Source of the DNA: Cylindrospermopsis raciborskii Cr2010
GTDB taxonomy: Bacteria; Cyanobacteriota; Cyanobacteriia; Cyanobacteriales; Nostocaceae
Direction: 5' to 3'
Length of the DNA: 32,000 nucleotides
Assembly (NCBI RefSeq): GCF_003367075.2
Contig: NZ_CP065936.1
Coordinates: 2,010,001-2,042,000, forward strand
Shown: piece by piece, positions 29,859 to 32,000 of the stretch
Layout of the letters: every line of letters begins with the position of its first letter
Position numbering within the stretch: position 1 is the first letter of the stretch
The notes under the pieces: generated by a model
Database searches by the model: none
Told to the model about the DNA's origin: nothing
What the model saw: only the letters and a program-made list of their open reading frames with translations
Translations under genes and position numbers: made by a program

Positions 29859-32000
29859 CTAACCAAAAGAGAAAACCGTGTCATTAAAGTCGTAATCGCT
29901 AACTCCCACACCAGCGGGTAAATCTTCAAATCCAAACACATTGTTACCAAAACTCTTGATGTGAGCTGCACCATCTGGGTTAGCTGAACCAAAACTAAAG
30001 TAAGCAACGGGTAAGGTAGTGTAATTTTGAGCAGTAGCTGGACTATTGTCGGGATTGACCTGAAAGAAAGCATTAACTGCATCCTGCACGCTACCAGAGA
30101 AATTACCACCATGGGCGATGACAAAGGGAGCATAGATTTTACCCTCGCTCACGATTACATCTCCGTTTACACCATCTCCCGAACCTCCAGCTCGAACTAC
30201 AAAGTTGGGTACTACTCTACTTAATGCTGCTTTAGCATAAGCTGATTTGTCCTCTGGTAAAACACCATTAACCGATCCTGTAAGAGCATTATCCACTTCA
30301 TAAAGCCCAAACAGGTTAGTAAAGGATGCTTCTGTTTTACTGAGAGCTTCTTGTAAAGCCAGCTTTGCCTGAACTTTGTCGTAATCTGTAAGGAAATTGA
30401 AGGAGATATCATTAACAATGTCCGATAAGGAACCAGCTTCATCGGGAATTAAAGAATCTTCGGGATCAAGTATTTCCACTGGATATGTAATGATGTCTGT
30501 TCCAGTGATAGTAACGTTGACATTAGCTGTTACTGCTAAACCCTGCTCATCAATAATAGTGTAGCTGAAAACATCATCTCCTATGTAAGTTGCGTCTAGC
30601 AGGGTATATATTAACTCATTATCCCTGATTTCTACACGACCATAGTTACCATCCGTCTTGTTGATAATGGTTAGAGGATCATTCAGATCTGGATCACTAT
30701 CATTGTCAAGTGGGTTAAGAGTACCAAAACTACTACCCGGAATAATAGCTAACACATCATCAATAGCAATGGGAGCTTCATTGACATTGGTGACAAGAAT
30801 GGAAATATCCTGAATTGACTTATTGTTTTGCTCATCCCTTGCTACAACCTGTAATTTATAAAGGTTGTTTTTGTCTGCATTCAGAGGTTCTTCAAAGTCC
30901 GGAGCAGTATTAAAGGTTAATTCACCGGTAGGACTAATCGAGAACAAACTAGCATCAACTCCAGCCAAACTAAGAGTGATGGGGTCGTTTTCAGGATCTT
31001 CAACCGTTAGATTACTTACTAGTGTTGTACTCTCAGGAACAAAGAAAGAAAAGCTGACAACAGGAGGTTCATTAACATCAGTGATGCTAACGGTGAGATC
31101 TTGAGTGACTTCTAATCCACCATTGTCAGTTGCAGTAATAGAGAGTTCTACACTACCAGCTTCGTAATCCAGGCTTTCACCAGCTTTGAGTTTAAGCGTC
31201 TGATTACCATCAAAATCAACAATTTCAAATCGGGTATCATTATTGACTTTTAAGGTATGACCATCATTCCCATCAGGATCACTGACTGTTAAAGTACCAA
31301 TAATAGCCCCGGGGTCGTTCTCTATTACTGTTATTTGATTTAATTCAATGGCCACAGGTGCTTCATTAACATCGGTGACGGTGATAGTGAAATCCTGGGT
31401 GATTTCTAATCCACCATTATCGATGGCAGTAATAGTTAGTACTATATTACTAGCCGCTTCATAATCCAGGCTTTCACCTTCCCTAAGTTTAAGGATGTTG
31501 TTACCATCCACATTAATCACTTCAAAACGGCTATCATTCACCGTGAAAGTATGGCTATCACCCGGATCATCTGTAACTGTTAAACTACCAATAAAAGCCC
31601 CAGGGTCATTCTCCGCTACTATTCCCCTCAGTTCAATAGCAATAGGTGGATTATTATCAGTACCGCTATCCGTAGCAATTCCCAGCTGTCCTGGGTCAAC
31701 TATAATACCGTTAGCTAGTCCATCCCCATCCCATATATCCCCATCTGTTAGGTTTACGGTTAAGTAGACCTCTCCAAAATCCCGGACACCATCCCCATCA
31801 ACATCGTTAAAAATGTAGTCGTAATTAAAATCATCATAAAGCTCGAACTGCTGAGATTCATAGTTGAACTTAACGTAGCGCGCAAGGTCAAGATCTTCAG
31901 GTAATTGATTAATAACATTCTGGGACAGATAGAGAACAAAGGTGGTTGTACCCCCAAGTTGAACTCCGCTAATAGTTATAGCTAATGGATCTCCAATAGG
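29859..32000 (-). CDS. large extracellular cadherin-repeat protein with a C-terminal DUF4114 domain, partial; the N-terminus is beyond the right edge
   Basis: My translation shows the frame stays open from the track start (GTG 31541) through position 32000. The protein has repeated ..DPGA.IG.LTV.D.D......F.V.......LKL..GESLDYEA......I.A.DNGGLE..Q...I.VTDVNE.P cadherin-type modules. The C-terminal ...FGFEDLPAGVGVSDYDFNDTVFSFG is DUF4114-like. Confidence 0.8.
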   Translation of the reverse strand, partial: PIGDPLAITISGVQLGGTTTFVLYLSQNVINQLPEDLDLARYVKFNYESQQFELYDDFNYDYIFNDVDGDGVRDFGEVYLTVNLTDGDIWDGDGLANGIIVDPGQLGIATDSGTDNNPPIAIELRGIVAENDPGAFIGSLTVTDDPGDSHTFTVNDSRFEVINVDGNNILKLREGESLDYEAASNIVLTITAIDNGGLEITQDFTITVTDVNEAPVAIELNQITVIENDPGAIIGTLTVSDPDGNDGHTLKVNNDTRFEIVDFDGNQTLKLKAGESLDYEAGSVELSITATDNGGLEVTQDLTVSITDVNEPPVVSFSFFVPESTTLVSNLTVEDPENDPITLSLAGVDASLFSISPTGELTFNTAPDFEEPLNADKNNLYKLQVVARDEQNNKSIQDISILVTNVNEAPIAIDDVLAIIPGSSFGTLNPLDNDSDPDLNDPLTIINKTDGNYGRVEIRDNELIYTLLDATYIGDDVFSYTIIDEQGLAVTANVNVTITGTDIITYPVEILDPEDSLIPDEAGSLSDIVNDISFNFLTDYDKVQAKLALQEALSKTEASFTNLFGLYEVDNALTGSVNGVLPEDKSAYAKAALSRVVPNFVVRAGGSGDGVNGDVIVSEGKIYAPFVIAHGGNFSGSVQDAVNAFFQVNPDNSPATAQNYTTLPVAYFSFGSANPDGAAHIKSFGNNVFGFEDLPAGVGVSDYDFNDTVFSFG
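31065..31649 (-). repeat. two tandem cadherin-module repeats of about 291-294 bp within the CDS
   Basis: Unit 1 (31359-31649) and unit 2 (31065-31358) align at both DNA and protein level, for example GESLDYEA, DNGGLE[IV]TQD and TDVNE[AP]P. Confidence 0.75.

Noticed and set aside
31065-31649. Possibility that the near-identical cadherin modules are a diversity-generating retroelement template/variable-region pair
   Set aside because: No reverse transcriptase gene is in the window. Differences between the two units are not confined to adenine positions, and both units are in frame within one CDS as ordinary tandem domains.
29819-31957. Short ORFs overlapping the cadherin-like gene: 29819-30133, 30027-30224, 30221-30442, 30865-31104, 31495-31767, 31760-31957
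   Set aside because: These are off-frame or antisense products of a long repeat-containing CDS. The main frame carries clear cadherin and DUF4114 motifs.

Overview
This window looks like core chromosome from a filamentous, Nostocales-type cyanobacterium. The evidence is 12 copies of the HIP1 octamer GCGATCGC (well under one expected by chance), the photosynthesis genes petN, psbK and psbM, and low GC. Most genes are housekeeping: a partial M23 peptidase, birA, recA, moeB, prlC, acyP, murT/gatD, ligA, glpQ and chrA, plus several transporters. The 60-aa ORF track misses three short photosynthesis genes, which I called by direct translation: petN (2581-2667), psbK (11631-11768) and psbM (12392-12505). 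I see no CRISPR array, tRNA or rRNA, and no convincing novel multi-gene system. Accessory or unusual content is limited to the following:
- A mazEF-like toxin-antitoxin pair lies next to a relic of a GH15/phosphorylase-kinase-like gene. The relic has no stop codons and reads in frame into a DmeF-like metal-efflux gene, which is followed 9 nt later by a Uma2 nuclease-fold gene.
- A C-terminal TnpB relic sits upstream of prlC.
- A relic of an NRPS/PKS-type thioesterase domain abuts glpQ.
- Two inverted copies of a TA-flanked MITE bracket a single GPH-family transporter gene.
- A large, partial cadherin-repeat/DUF4114 surface protein lies at the right edge.
The two best candidates for follow-up are the MITE-bracketed transporter cassette and the in-frame gene relic. 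All functional calls rest on remembered family motifs, not on database searches.
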